From the NCBI GenBank assembly GCA_004431415.1, contig QPMI01000047.1, positions 181,367-245,366 on the forward strand: 64,000 nucleotides of DNA. Direction: 5' to 3'. Of the stretch, positions 11,401 to 23,800 are shown in pieces. The stretch's first letter is position 1. Each line of letters opens with the position of its first letter. Both the position numbers and the translations under genes were made by a program. Origin of the DNA: Cyanophora paradoxa CCMP329 (lineage: Eukaryota > Plantae > Glaucophyta). The notes beneath the pieces were generated by a model, which searched no databases, was not told the DNA's origin, and saw only the letters and a list, made by a program, of their open reading frames with translations.

Positions 11401-14400
11401 GGCGGAGAAGGCCGCGAGCCGCGCCGCACACTCCGAGTAGGGCGCCCCGACCGAGGAGGAGGAGCCGCCGGATCCCGGGAGCGACGGCGTCGTGTTGGCC
11501 GAGCCGCCCGCGAGCGCGTTGAGGAGGTTCATCGGGTCGGCGCCTGCGAGCAAATGAGAACGGGGAGGCGGAACAAGAGGAAGAAGAAGAGGCGGCGCGG
11601 GGAGTCGAACCGGAGGACTGGAGGACCTCCATGAAGCGCCTGAGCTTCTCGGCGGCCGCCTGCTGCTCGCGCGTCTCCGCCTCGTCCACCAGGCGGAACT
11701 GGACGCGCTGCGAGGTGATACCGTACGTCCGCGTCTGCGGCTGCGGGTACGAGGCCGGCGCAGCCGCCGGGCGGACAGGCTCGAGCGTCTTGAAGCCTGC
11801 CGATACCATAAGTCTTAAAGAACATCTTAAAGGGGTCAAGAGAGCGCGCCTCGGATGTCGGCGGTGGTTGTGAAGCGGCGGCCGTCGGTCAGCTCGACGA
11901 GATACTCCCCGTCGGTCCCGGTGGGGTAGTACGTCTTCAGGCGGGGCGGCTCCTGAGGGGCCGGGGGCGGCGCTGAGCGCCGGCCGGCCCTGGGCCGGGG
12001 CCGGAGGAAGCGGCGGTGACTCACGCGGTCCGCGGAAGCGGGGGATACGAGGAGCCGGTCCGCGACCTCGAACTGCGCCGCGCCGCAGGCCTCGTCCACG
12101 ACCTGAGGAGGAGAGGGGGGGTACGTGAGCGAGCGGCGGGGTACCGGGCCGAGCCGGGCCGGCGGAGCGGCGCGCCTCGCAGACGGCGATGTGATCGCCG
12201 TGCTCAGCGAAGTGAACGGCGCCGCGGACGCCGTCCAGGTTCTGGTCCGTGTCGATGACCCTGCGGCGGGCGCGGTTTGCGAGGGCGTCGTCGGCGGGAG
12301 AGGGAGGGAAAAGGAAAGGCGGCGGGCACCGGCCGTCGGAGAGGTAAAGGCGAAAGCCGCGGTTCTCGAAGCAGGAGAAGGGCTGCGCGGAGAAGACGAA
12401 GCCGACGTGGAGGCCCACGATGCGCTCGCCGTTCGAGGGCCGCGCGATGGAGACCGTGCACGCGCCGTAGCGCCCGGGGCCCGAGCCGATGCCGCCGCGC
12501 ACGATGGTCTTGCCGCCCCCGTAGTCCGCCTCAAGCACGTAGTTGTACGACTCCAGTTGGGGGAGCCGGAACCTGCCCCGCGGATCGAATCAGCAAGAGG
12601 CGGCGGGCGGGCGGCGGCGGCGGCAGCAGCGCGCACCGGCACTCGGCGTGCAGATCGTCCGCCATGCGGACCTCGCCGACAGACTCGGCCTCGGCGACGC
12701 GCTGGTTCGAGCGCTGCACGAGGAAGAGGCGGAAGGGCTGGGCGCCCACGCCCCGCAGCCGGACCAGGATCTCGGGCCGGTACGGCTTCGCCGGCCCGAT
12801 CGCCGGCTTGACCAGCGCAACTGCGGCCGGGCGCGCGCGTCAGGGAGGGAGGGAAGGCGGCGGGGGCGGCCAGGCGCACTCTCGGCGGGCTGGTAGACCG
12901 TGCTGCGGCTGTCCGGCGAGGGCTGCGCCGGGGTTCCCGTGCGCCGGCGGTTGCGCGGCCGCTCGTCCTCGGGGGCAGGGGACGGGGCGGGGGCGGGGGC
13001 CTCGGCGGGGGCGGCCGCGCGCGGCGGGCGCCGGGAGCGGTCCCTGTCCCGCTTCGTGCGCGGCACCGACATGCAGTACATCTGAGGCAGCAGGACCTGC
13101 AGCTGGCTGAACCGCGAGTCCGTCGGGCTGCGCCGCGGGCGTCATCAGCGGGCCGGGCAGAGCGGGACGAGCTCGAACTGGCGCGCACCGGAGGCAGAGG
13201 CGGACAGGCGCGTTGCTGAGCTGGGAGGAAAGCACGAGAACGCGAAGGGCGATGGTCTTGGACCAGCCGGCCGGCTGGCTCTTCGGGACCGTGACCGTCT
13301 GAAGCGGCTTCATAAGAACGCGCGCGCAGTCTCCGGGCGGGCGGCGGGCGCACGGGGCGGTGGTCCTTGTTCGCGTTTCGCGTGTACGCCTTCTGCCACT
13401 GCTGCAGCGCCGGCACCATGTCGTCGTCCAGGCAGATCATGTCGAGCGGCTTCTTGTCCGGTCCAAGCAGCATCGCCTCGAGGTCCACATCCTCCTGCAG
13501 CACCGTGCCGGCCGTGGCTTCCAGGCTGCAGCGCGGCTCGGCCCGGCCCGCCCGAAGAAAAGGAAAGAGAGAAAGGAAGGAAGGCGCACCTGACTTTGCA
13601 CTTGAGCTGCTGGCCCTGGCGGCCGGCGGCAATCGTGGCGATGCCGCCCTTGGAGCCAATGTTCTGCGCCGAAAGGGTCGCCACGATGCGCAGGAAGTGG
13701 TTGTTCGAGTCGATGATGTCCGTCGACTGGCCGCGCAGCGGCTCGCCAGTCTGCTCCTCGTCGCTGTCGTCAGAGACTTGAACCGCGTGCTGCGCAGCCG
13801 CCCGCTTCTCGCGCGTCGACGAGGCGAGCACGGCGGGGACGGGCGAGCGCGAGGACGCCCGGTGCGGGGCCGCTGCCTGGGACGCCGCCGCCAGCGTCGG
13901 AGATACTGGAGTCGTGCGAGAGTTCGATCCAGCTGGCTGCACTATCGGGATAACGTAGCGCGCCTTCTCGGCCGATTGGGTCGCTTTCATACTGTTCATA
14001 CTAGACGCGGCGGCCGAAGACGACGAGGCTGCTGCTGCTGCGCCGTTGCCGTCGTCCTCTAGCATATTAGTCACCGGCGAATCGCCAACGGTGGTCTCCG
14101 GGCTGATCGGCTGCACGTCCATCTCGACTAGCTTCGTGAGGTCGGCCAGGTCGGGCCTGCACGAGCGCGAGCGGCGTGGGCGCGGCGAACTGCGATTCAA
14201 TCGCATGTAGCGCACCTGAAATCCTTGGAGAGGCCGACCGATTGCGCCGAGGCGAAGAGGGCTGACGCCGCCACGAGGTTGTCCTCGCTGAGGTGATCCA
14301 GCGGGCCCTGGAACTGATCATTCTCAAAGAACTTGATAGAGTCAGCGCGGCTGATGCCGGTGAGGCCCACGGACGGGCCGCGCTGCAGCCCAAAGCCAAG

Positions 14401-14517
14401 CGCCTCGGCCCGCTCAAGCGCCCCGAGGCTCATCGTGCTGGACGTCCCCATCGTGAACTCCAGGTTCGCGGGGAGGAGCGCCGCTCCATCCGGGAACTCC
14501 ATATGTTGATCGCTCAT
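8454..14517 (-). CDS. STAT-like multidomain protein: CudA/STATL-type DNA-binding domain, TIG-like segments, ankyrin repeats, 2 F-boxes, STAT linker-SH2, Tyr tail
   Basis: Spliced reading gives LRVLVLSSQLSNAPVRLCLR...PQMYCMSVPRTK (about 13050-13255); ankyrin GNSPLHYAA / GLTAMHI|AALL (about 11040-11330); F-boxes GMPDELVLESLQSFDSAELSRFGAVCRRFRRL and ILPDEVM|VRIFSQTGLTTFELGPLRLVSRRFNSL; linker VAWADVSRA..VSDRDLD..TWPW|FF..LW; SH2 AFVSRHDAEQELVRSGRAGTYMLRLSS; tail ASYIRFDHQ|YIIPDY. Confidence 0.75.
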
Positions 14518-14870
14518 GTTGCTTTGCTCCCGTACCTGACGCTGCGCGGGCTTGAATGCAGGCGGAAAGGCGCGGGCACGCGGCCGCTGCCGGGGACTCG
14601 TTCCGGCGCTGTACGCACCGGCGAAGACACAGTGCAGAGAGCTCCGGTTGGAGCTGCGCGAGGCCGCCTTAGAGGGCCGAGCATATTGTATGAACGGCTA
14701 AGCAGGAGGCTGCGGCTGCGTATATGGTGCGCTCCGGGGGCCTCTGCTGGGCGCTCTATGGGTCGGGTGGGGGTGTGAGCACCTCTTAAGCGCGCGACAT
14801 GGTCAGACGGGTGAGAATCATGGTGGTGTGCTCGGTCATATGAACGTCTCGTACCCCTGCTCATTCCAGC

Positions 14871-15490
14871 ATGGCCGAGCAGCACTCGTTTCGCGATCCC
14901 GCCACTGGTCAGATGGTCACGGCGCGGGCGGAGGAAAACAAGGACGTCGCTGCTGGCCGCGGTCCGCCCGTGCTGCGCGTTTCTGCGCCGCAGGCCGCTG
15001 ACTCTCCGCCCACAGACATAGACCTCTCGGAGAAGGCTTTCCCCTCGCTTGGGGGCGCTCGCGGGGATCGCGAGATCGGTGCGCCGGCCATTCCCTCGCC
15101 CGCGCTCGCCCCGCTCCCGCGCCCTGCATACGCACTCTGCTTCGAAAAACTTGCATTTGTTGTGACCTTATCGTGTGCTGTCGCTCCGGACGCTCTCCCT
15201 CGCCCTCGCGGTTCTCATCCTGCGTTCGTGCCTTCGCGTTCGCAGGACGCGGGCGGATGCACGCGGGCGCCTCGGACGTGCACATCGAGCGCGCGACGGA
15301 AAACATTCTGCAGAAGGACGTCGGCGCCGGCAGCATCCGCAGCGGGCCCGGCGGCGGCATGGGCGGAACAGGTGCGAAACTTCGCCCCGCGTCCCTCGGT
15401 GAACCCGCGCCTGCTCACGGTTCTCTTCCAGGCACGGGCTCCGGCGCTCCGGGCCCGAACCGCGGCGGCGGCGGCGCTGGCCGCGGCTAG
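14871..15490 (+). CDS. Small multi-exon Gly-rich hypothetical protein
   Basis: ATG 14871 divergent from the STAT-like gene; segments MAEQHSFRDPATGQ, DIDLSEKAFPSLGG, HIERATENILQKD, ..GGGGAGRG* are flanked by GT/AG sites. Confidence 0.4.
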
Positions 15491-15544
15491 AGGGCGCGCT
15501 CCCGAGCCGCATCTGGCCGTCTGGCCCGCACCCTCACTCGACTT

Positions 15545-15725
15545 CAGTTCAGCGGCAGCGCTCGCAGTGCTGGTGTAATGTTGTAGTAATTATAACGTAG
15601 ACTTTCGAATTTGATTTGCACTGCTGCGCCCAGCGAAGCCATGCCGTGGGCCCGCGACAAAGCGCTCAGCTGCTGAGGGTGTTTGAATGGATAGAAAAAT
15701 GAAGCTTAAGAACAGAAGGCCTAGC
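15545..15725 (+). repeat. Dispersed repeat copy A (homologous to 29288-29445)
   Basis: Shared strings cagcggcagcgctcgcagtgc, atgttgt, cgcccagcga(a/g)gccatgccg and ggtgttt occur in the same order and orientation in both copies. Confidence 0.85.
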
Positions 15726-17584
15726 TATAGGAGAGGCGCGACGAGGCGGAGGGCCGGGGCGGTGCGGGGACCGTGGGGCGAGCTGGCGGGCGCCGTGGGC
15801 GCGTCGCACCTCCGCCGCCGGTGAGCTCCGGGTTCGTCCCCGGCCGCGGCCCCTCCCGAAATCGATCCGGATCAAGAAGTCCGCGCGGTACGTCCCCCCG
15901 GGCTCCCGAGTCGGTCATGTAGCCGGGCGCGTCGACCTCCACCGCGTAGTACGCGATCATCGGGCCTTGCCTCTGAGGGCCTTGTTAGTTAGAGGCGGGC
16001 GGGGCGGCGGGGCCGGCGGGGCCGGCGAGGCGAGCGCACGTGCTTCATGGCGCGCCCGCAGAGCTCCTTTGCGGCTCTGGAGGGAGAGTCGGCGGGAGGG
16101 TACAGCGCGGCGGGGCGGGGGGGGGTACGGCGCGCACGCGAGCACGGAGGAGTAATTCTCGTACTGGACGTACGCGTCGAAGTCCAGCGCGGAGCCGGCG
16201 GGCGGGGCGGGCGGGCGGCGGGGGCGAGGCGGCGGCGGCGGCGCGGCCGGCGACGGAGGGCGGCGGGACGGGGAGGGGCCGGGGCGCGAGGGGCCCGGCT
16301 TGGGGCCCAGGGCGGGTAGGCCCAGGGAGGTCAAGAGGTCGTCGATCGAGCCACCTTTCGCGGCGGCGGCGGCGGTGGGCGCGGGCGGCCGCGCCGGCGG
16401 CGGCGCGGGGGCCTCGGTCGCTGCGGAAGCGGGCGCGTGAGGCGCCGTTTGTGGCGGGAAGGACGAGGGCGGCTCACAGGGCCCGAACGAGACGCCCTTG
16501 CGCTTGGGCTTGGCGCTCCCCGCGGCCTCCTCCGGGTCCTTGCGGGCCAATGCCGGCAGCGCGGCGGCCGCCGCGGGCCGCGCGGACGCCGGCGCGATCT
16601 CCACGCGGCTGCGGGGCGGGTCGGCGAGCGGCGGCGGAGCACCGGCGCCGTCCGGCGGGGGCGCACCGGACGGATCCGGAGTACCCGAAGGCGAGCGGCG
16701 GCGGAGCACCGGCGCCGTCCGGCGGGGGCGCACCGGACGGATCCGGAGTACCCGAAGGTCTGCTTCACGAGCTCGGGAGACGCCGCCTTGGAGCCCTGCC
16801 GCCGCGCAAAGCTCAGCATCGGGAGCGCGAGCGAGCGGGCCGCGGGCCGGGCCGGGGGCGTGCCTCGGGGCAGAACCAGCGGGCGGGGAGGCCCCTGACG
16901 ACCAGCGTGTCGGGGCGGGAGCCGCCCGCCAGCTTCTCGAACTGGTCCAGGTACGCGCGCGGGACCTCGCCGCTGTCCGCCGCCGCCGCCGACGCGACGT
17001 CCACTTTGAAGAAGTGCGCCTCCCAGCGCCGTCGGAGCGCGTTGAAGTCGGCGGAGAGCGAGCCGCGCGTCTCGACGGCGCTGCTCGTCTAGATGGCGAT
17101 GCCCTGCTGCAGCGCGATCCGCCAGCCGTCGAACGCCCGCCGCACCGCCTCGCACGTCCGTCGCAGGACGCGAGCTGCCCGCCCGGCGTCAGGAGGCGGC
17201 CCGGGCCCCCTGGCCGCCCCGTACGCACCTCGAGCTGACAGAGGATCTCATCGACGCCGCGGCTGACCTTCACGTCGACGACCGCGCAGCCGCTGGCCGC
17301 CTTCGCAGCCTTCTCGATCTGCTCCGCGGGTCGGGCGCAGCGAGCGGGGCGGGCGGATGAAGGCAGGGCGCTCGCGTTCGCACCTCCTGCCGGAGCTCCC
17401 ACGTGTAGACGGCGCTCGACGCACTGCGGGAATGGCCGGAGTCCACGGCGCACGCATGCATTCCGCTCCTGCTCGCGCGCGTGCACCGCGACGAGGCCAG
17501 GCCGAACGAGACTGAGGGCCGCGCCCGGCGAATGCAAAGGCCCGGGAAGGAGCTCGGCTCCAGCAAGGCGAGGTCGCCGGCCAT
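15721..17584 (-). CDS. AKAP17A: AKAP17A / XE7 (SFRS17A)-like splicing factor
   Basis: VYTWELRQE|IEK, RPDTLVVRGLPARWF, LVKQTFGYSGSVR|RVEI and LDFDAYVQYENYSS..ALRGK match the AKAP17A motifs (NWEVMERLK, PDTIHLEGLPCKWF, LNFEAYVQY..ALRG). Confidence 0.75.
16623..16758. repeat. Perfect 67-bp tandem duplication spanning an exon/intron donor of the AKAP17A-like gene
   Basis: ggcgagcggcggcggagcaccggcgccgtccggcgggggcgcaccggacggatccggagtacccgaa starts at both 16623 and 16690. Confidence 0.9.
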
Positions 17585-17802
17585 GCGGCTGCTCGCTCAG
17601 CTGGCGGAGAAGCTGCGTGGTCGATCGCTGGTGCTTACGCGGGCAGGGCTGCTGGCTCGGTCAGTTTTGAGCAGGGTGGTTTTGGGCCTCAACGCAGAGC
17701 AGGGCGGTTTTGGGCCTCCGCTGCAGGGCCTCCCGCCGCCTCCCGCGGTCTCCCGGCCGCCTCCGCTAAACGGGGCCGGGGTACGCATTGAAAAGAAGCC
17801 CG

Positions 17803-20800
17803 ATGGGTCTTCCCAAAGCTCTGAAGGAGCATGTGAGGCGGCGCATGTCTTCCGAGACCCTTGATGTAGTCATCGAGACGTCCGAAAGCCCGCAGGCCCC
17901 AGCGGCACCCGGCAGCGACAGCGGCATTCATCAAGGTTCGGTCCAGAGTCCAGAAGCTGCCCAGATTGCTATAAGACGCTTGTCACACGTGCGCCGGCGC
18001 CGACATTTGCTCCCGCGCGCAGGCCCTGCGCATGCGACATCAACATCGCAAATCCAGGAGGTTCTGCCGCGGCGCACGGTTAAGACGGTTCAATTCGACA
18101 TCGCAACCCCCCCTTCTCCGGCTCCCGCTGCATCATCGTCTCGGCTTCCAGTCAATTCGATCAATGACAATGTTGACGTCGACGTCGGCCGCGGTCCGTA
18201 CGCATCCGCGTCAAGCATATATAGGCCGGACGTATATGCTTCAAGCACTGACCGCTGAATTCCTCCGCGCGCAGGTGTTTCGACTCCGTCTTCAAGCATG
18301 GCGGTGGGCGGCGCGACACGCGTAGCCAGCGCGCCGCCGGCGCCCTTAGAATCTACTCGTGTGGCCAGCGTCGGCGCGGCAGCGGCGGCGCCTGCACACG
18401 CGTACGCAGCCAACGTCGGCGCGGCAGCTGCCTCGCCCACTAGTACTCGTGCGGCCAATTTCAGCGCGGCAGCGGCGGCTCCAAGGCCTCCTGCACATGT
18501 AGCCAGTGTCGGCGCGGCGGCTGCCTCATCTTCTCGTGCAGCCTTGGCCAGCGTCGGCGCGGCGCGGGCGGCGTCTGCGTACGCAGCCAGCGTCGGCGCG
18601 GCAGCGGCAGCGACCACTCGTGCGACCAGTGTCGGCGCGGCGGCGGCGGCTCCTGCACACGCAGCCAGCGTCGGCGCGGCAGCTGCTTCGTCTTCTCGTG
18701 CAGCCATGTCCAGCGTCGGCGCCCTCGGCACGGCGGCGGCGGCTCCTGCGCGCGCAGCCAGCGTCGGCGCGGCAGCTGCCTCGTCTTCTCGTGCAGCCTT
18801 GGCCAGCGTCGGCGCGGCGCGGGCGGCGTCTGCGTACGCAGCCAGCGTCGGCGCGGCAACGGCAGCGACCACTCGTGCGACCAGTGTCGGCACGGCGGCG
18901 GCGGCTCCTACACATGCAGCCAGCGTCGGCGCGGCAGCTGCTTCGTCTTCTCGTGCAGCCATGTCCAGCGTCGGCACGGCGGCGGCGGCTCCTGCGCGCA
19001 CAGCCAGCGTCGGGGCGGCAGCCGCCTCGTCTTCTCGTGCAGCCTTGGCCAGCGACGGCGCGGCGGCGGCGGCGTCTGCACATGCAGCCAGCGTCGGCGC
19101 GGCAGCGGCAGCGACCACTCGTGCGACCAGTGTCGGCACGGCGGCGGCGGCTCCTACACACGCAGCCAGCGTCGGCGCGGCAGCTGCCTCGTCTTCTCGT
19201 GCAGCCATGTCCAGCGTCGGCACGGCGGCGGCGGCTCCTGCGTGCGCAGCCAGCGTCGGCGCGGCAGCTGCCTCGTCTTCTCGTGCAGCCTTGGCCAGCG
19301 TCGGCACGGCGGCGGCAGCGGCTCCTGCGCGCGCAGCCAGCGTCGGCGCGGCAGCTGCCTCGTCTTCTCGTGCAGCCTCGGCCAGCGTCGGCGCGGCGGC
19401 GGCGGCGGCTCCTGCACACGCAGCCAGCGTCGGCGCGGCAGCTGCCTTGTCTTCTCGTGCAGCCTCGGCCAGCGTCGGCGCGGCGGCGGCGGCGGCTCCT
19501 GCACACGCAGCCAGCGTCGGCGCGGCAGCTGCCTTGTCTTCTCGTGCAGCCTCGGCCAGCGTCGGCGCGGCGGCGGCGGCGGCTCCTGCACACGCAGCCA
19601 GCGTCGGCGCGGCAGCTGCCTTGTCTTCTCGTGCAGCCTCGGCCAGCGTCGGCGCGGCGGCGGCGGCGGCTCCTGCACACGCAGCCAGCGTCGGCACGGC
19701 AGCTGCCTTGTCTTCTCACGATCGTGCGGCCACGTCCAGCATCGGCGCTGTAGCGGCTGCGCCTGCATCTACACCTGCAGCCAGCGTCGGGGTAACAGCC
19801 GCCTCGCGATTGTCTTCTCCTGCAGCTGCGGCAAATGTCGGCACGGCGGTGGCGGTACCTGCAGCTGCTCGCGATCGTGCGGCCAGCGCCGTTGTTGCGG
19901 CGGCTTCGCCACCTCGTACAGGCAGCGTCGCTGCTGCTGCCTTGACGTCCGCTCGCAATCGAGGCATTTCGCAGCCGGTGACCCCGGCTGCCGCCGCTCC
20001 TGAAGCTTACGACATTTTCATCTCGCACAAACAGTCCACAGGAAAGAACCTCGCCCGCATTTTCAAGCAGGCCGTGCGTATATGCATGCGCTACAGCGTA
20101 GATTCCGCGCATGCACAGCCTCTCACTCAGCTGTTGTCCACAGGCAGAGAAAGAGGCGCTTGAGCTGGGCATCGAGCTTAGCATCTTCCTCGATGTTGAC
20201 GACTTGAACGACATCCATATTCTAGGCAACAACGTTCGCGCCTCGCGCAGCGTTCTTCTCCTTCTGACAAAAGGTTCTTGCAAGTGATTTTACATGGGTG
20301 ATTGTTCGCTCCATTCTGATCGAAACTACTTTCCCTGATCCCATGCAGATGTGTTCCGCAGCCACTACGTGCTTCAGGAGCTGCGAGCGGCAGACGAAGC
20401 GGGCGTGAAAATTGTACTGGTCTTGTACCGCGACCCCATCGACGGCTTCTTGGATTTCCCTGCCGGTTCGCAATTTTGCTATCAGCTCTCCTTCAAGTAC
20501 ATGAACAACATAAAATTTTTCGACGCATGTAGAATATATATTATGGTCGTCCGTCGCTGTGTCTTTTGCTCTTACACGTCGCGCGATACCCTGCAGCGGC
20601 GACGGTGGGGCTGCCCACAGCTGCGGAACTTAAAGCGGTGGGGCTTGACGAGGCTTCTGCGCGGGCTCTGCTCGGCCGCATCCTCAGCATCACGGCCATC
20701 GAATATCAAGGCGGCGGCGAGTACCACCGCACTTGCATCGAGCAAGTACTCAAGCGCTGTGGCGTCGATGGACGATTGCGCATCTCCAAGAAGGTGGTAG

Positions 20801-23800
20801 CGGTAAGTTCAGGATTCTTGCGCTCGTCCCTGTTGTGGCCGCAATAATTAATCGGCGCGCGCCCTTCCTTCTCTTCAGTACGCGAAAGCGAGCCTGGAGA
20901 AGCCGGCGCTGACGACGGACCTGGAGCTCTACGTGCCGCCGAGGGCCTCGACGCGAACGGACCCCGCCCGCTCGGTCCTGGTGGACCTCTTCGACGAAGT
21001 CAAGCGCTTCCTCTGCCGCTTCGTGCCGGCGCCACGGGCGTCGGCGGCGGCACAGACTGCACGGGCACAAGCGGCGCAGGATCCAGAGTCGGAGTCGCAA
21101 GTGCTGCTTCTCGTCGGGGATCCCGGCTCCAGCAAATCGACCTTCCTCTCCTTCCTCCATCGCGAGGCCTGCCGCCAGCACGAGACGGATCGCGCCGCGG
21201 CACCTGCAGCGGCGAACGCGTTGCCGCTGACGTGCCTCGTGCGGCTAACGAACCTGGGCAAGGAGGGAGCGCGCGGCCGCTTGCGCCAGTACGTTGCGGA
21301 GGAGCTCGGAGTGCAGCCAAACGACCTTCCGTCAATCCGAGCACAGTAAGTCCTCGCTGATTTTCGCTGTGGGCTCAACTGACGCCGGTGCAACGCAGGC
21401 AGGGCCTCGTCCTGCTTCTCGACGCGTACGACGAGCTGGACGAGAAGATCAACTTGTGGCGTGCCAACGAGGTCGGCGCGTGGGCATCCGCGGCCGTCAT
21501 TACGTGCCGCTCGGCATACACCGCCCGCCTTCCGAGCTACAACGTGCGTATGCACGGCTGCCATCTGAAAGCGCTGCATCGCGTGTTCTGCATGTCTTCA
21601 GCATGAACATTCTAGCTCTGACGCCTTGCTTACGCATATGTATACATTTTATACCTTTTTGCAGGAACTCTTTGCACCTCCCGCGCCACACGCTGACCAG
21701 CCCGCGGTTCTTGCTGAGCTCTGCACGTACAAATTTTCCACGGAGCAAGTGCGCTATTGCTGCTGCCGCTGCCGCTGCCGTCGCCGCTGTCGCTGCTGCT
21801 GATCATGAGCGCCTGATCATTGACAGATCCTTGAGTACTTGAAGCAATTCGTGCGGCTTCACGGGAGCAGTGGGGGGCGGGGCGTCACCTCGTGGAGCCC
21901 GGAAGACTACGAACGTCATATTGAACGTACCCCAGGCGCTGCAAAGCTGGTCACGAATCCTTTTACATTGAGGTGCGTGTGTGAATCTCCTTCCAAATCC
22001 GGCTTCAATTCGAGCCTACTTTTTAGCTGATGATCTCTTGCGAACGCAGTATGGTTGCCCGCGTGCTTCCGGAAATTGTGGGCGATCTTGAGCGGTGCGC
22101 CTGTTATCCTAGAGCAAAATTAAACATTACGTCGATCTATCGAGAATTTAGCGAAATATATCGAGAAATCCGACTGCAAGCGAAATGAAATTTAATGCGC
22201 GCTTTAAATTTTGCAGCAAAAAGCAAGAGGCTCGCAGTGGAAAGGGGTACGTAAACAAAGGGCCCACAAGCGAGCTGGTATCGTTTCTCGATCTGTATTC
22301 ATACTTCGTCCGCGTGCGTTGTGTTTTAACGTTCTTCTTCTATCGCTTTACCAAGACATCTCTGTGTGCAGGGTTGGTTCAACAGGCAGTGGAGCAAAAT
22401 AATCGATTATCGAGCAATCCGCCCCTTGCCAAAAGTTGCAGGTGCTTGGATTTCATATTCAAGCTTTTTTGGTTTCTGAGATGTGGTGCGCAGCTCAATG
22501 GAATCCAGAGCGATTCCGCACCTACTGCGAGGGCTTCTGCCGGAGTCTTGCCAAAAACATGCACAAGGTAGCTATAGTTTGGAAACCGCTAAATACTGCA
22601 ATACTGATGCACGCGCAGGCGTCCATCTCCGAAATCACTTGCCGCCTGCTCGGAACGGATGCAGAGGCTGGCATCTTTGAATTCAGCTCACAGCGGCAGT
22701 TGCAGGCAGCCCAAGTGCCAGGTCCTGCGGGCACCGATTCGCCCTACGAGCGCTGCGTGAAATTGCTGACAAGCGAGGACGAGCTGATGACTTTGACGCG
22801 CGATTCGTGCCCGCTACGCACAACCCCCGGGGGTGTTGGGGGAGAGTCGGTCCACGTTCGATTTTTGCACAAAGTGGGCATATGCATGGCCTCCGCCCTT
22901 GCAAACATGTACACTCGTAGCTAATTATAATCGGCGCATGTATTAGACTCTCTTGGAGTACTTCATTGCAGACAGCGCTTTTGAAGACGCGAATCCAAGA
23001 AACATTAATGTTCGTATCTTTGATCCTCTCTGTGCGCTTCTGTCCAGACAATCGCCTATTTTGGATCGCTTTATCTTCTGTAGGCTTAAGCTTCGGAATT
23101 CATGCATATGGGTACTTTTATAACATTTGATGTTCGACACCTCTGCAGATTTCCACGGCACAGACACAGTCACTCGCTCGGAATCGTGACAAGCAAAGCA
23201 CTCTGCACGTGAGGTGCCAGCGCCCATGACCATAGTTTCCAGCATGAAGTATACGTAGCAACTACTTTGCCTATCGCAGGTCCATTGTAGGAGAGCTGAG
23301 CCTGCTCCGATTCTTCTCCGATCGTTGTCGCAAGGACGACACCTACCGAGACGTGAGACACATGAATTTTCTGCGCTCGCTCTTCCTGCTTTCGATTTAT
23401 TGACGTGAGCGCAGCACCTCTTGTGGCTGCTTGCGCGGAGCCGGCGCCGCGACGCGACCTCCGAGGACGTCACTGCTGCCTCGAACGCGATCACCATCCT
23501 CAATCACGGTGAGCCGCCGTGCTAGAAGCTAGCTGCATAATTGGCTAGGATGTGAAGCGCCTGACTTATTAACGTTGCTGGCAGCCGGTGTCTCCTTCGC
23601 CAAAAGCTACCTGCGCGGCATCCGGGTGCCCGGGGCCGATCTGCAACGTCTGGAGGCGGCTGGGGCAGATTTTCGCGGAGCAGACCTTACGGGCTGCTTG
23701 CTTGACGGCGCGAATTTCGCGAACGCAATTTTTTCTGGAGCGAGACTCGATAAATGCCATACAAGTGTTTTTCCTCCACTTCGCGGCCACAGGTCGACCG

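Noticed and set aside
14871-15060. DIDLSEKAF resembling the RlpA/expansin-like DPBB motif
   Set aside because: The rest of the barrel and its cysteines are missing; equally explained as a short FPxL motif.
15545-15725. snRNA or snoRNA identity for the duplicated segment
   Set aside because: No convincing Sm site or C/D or H/ACA boxes conserved in both copies, and the stem in copy A is not conserved in copy B.
18090-20283. Long overlapping ORFs in other frames and on the minus strand across the Ala-rich repeat
   Set aside because: The GC-rich repeat unit lacks stop codons in most frames; only the plus frame 18298-20163 runs into the TIR domain.
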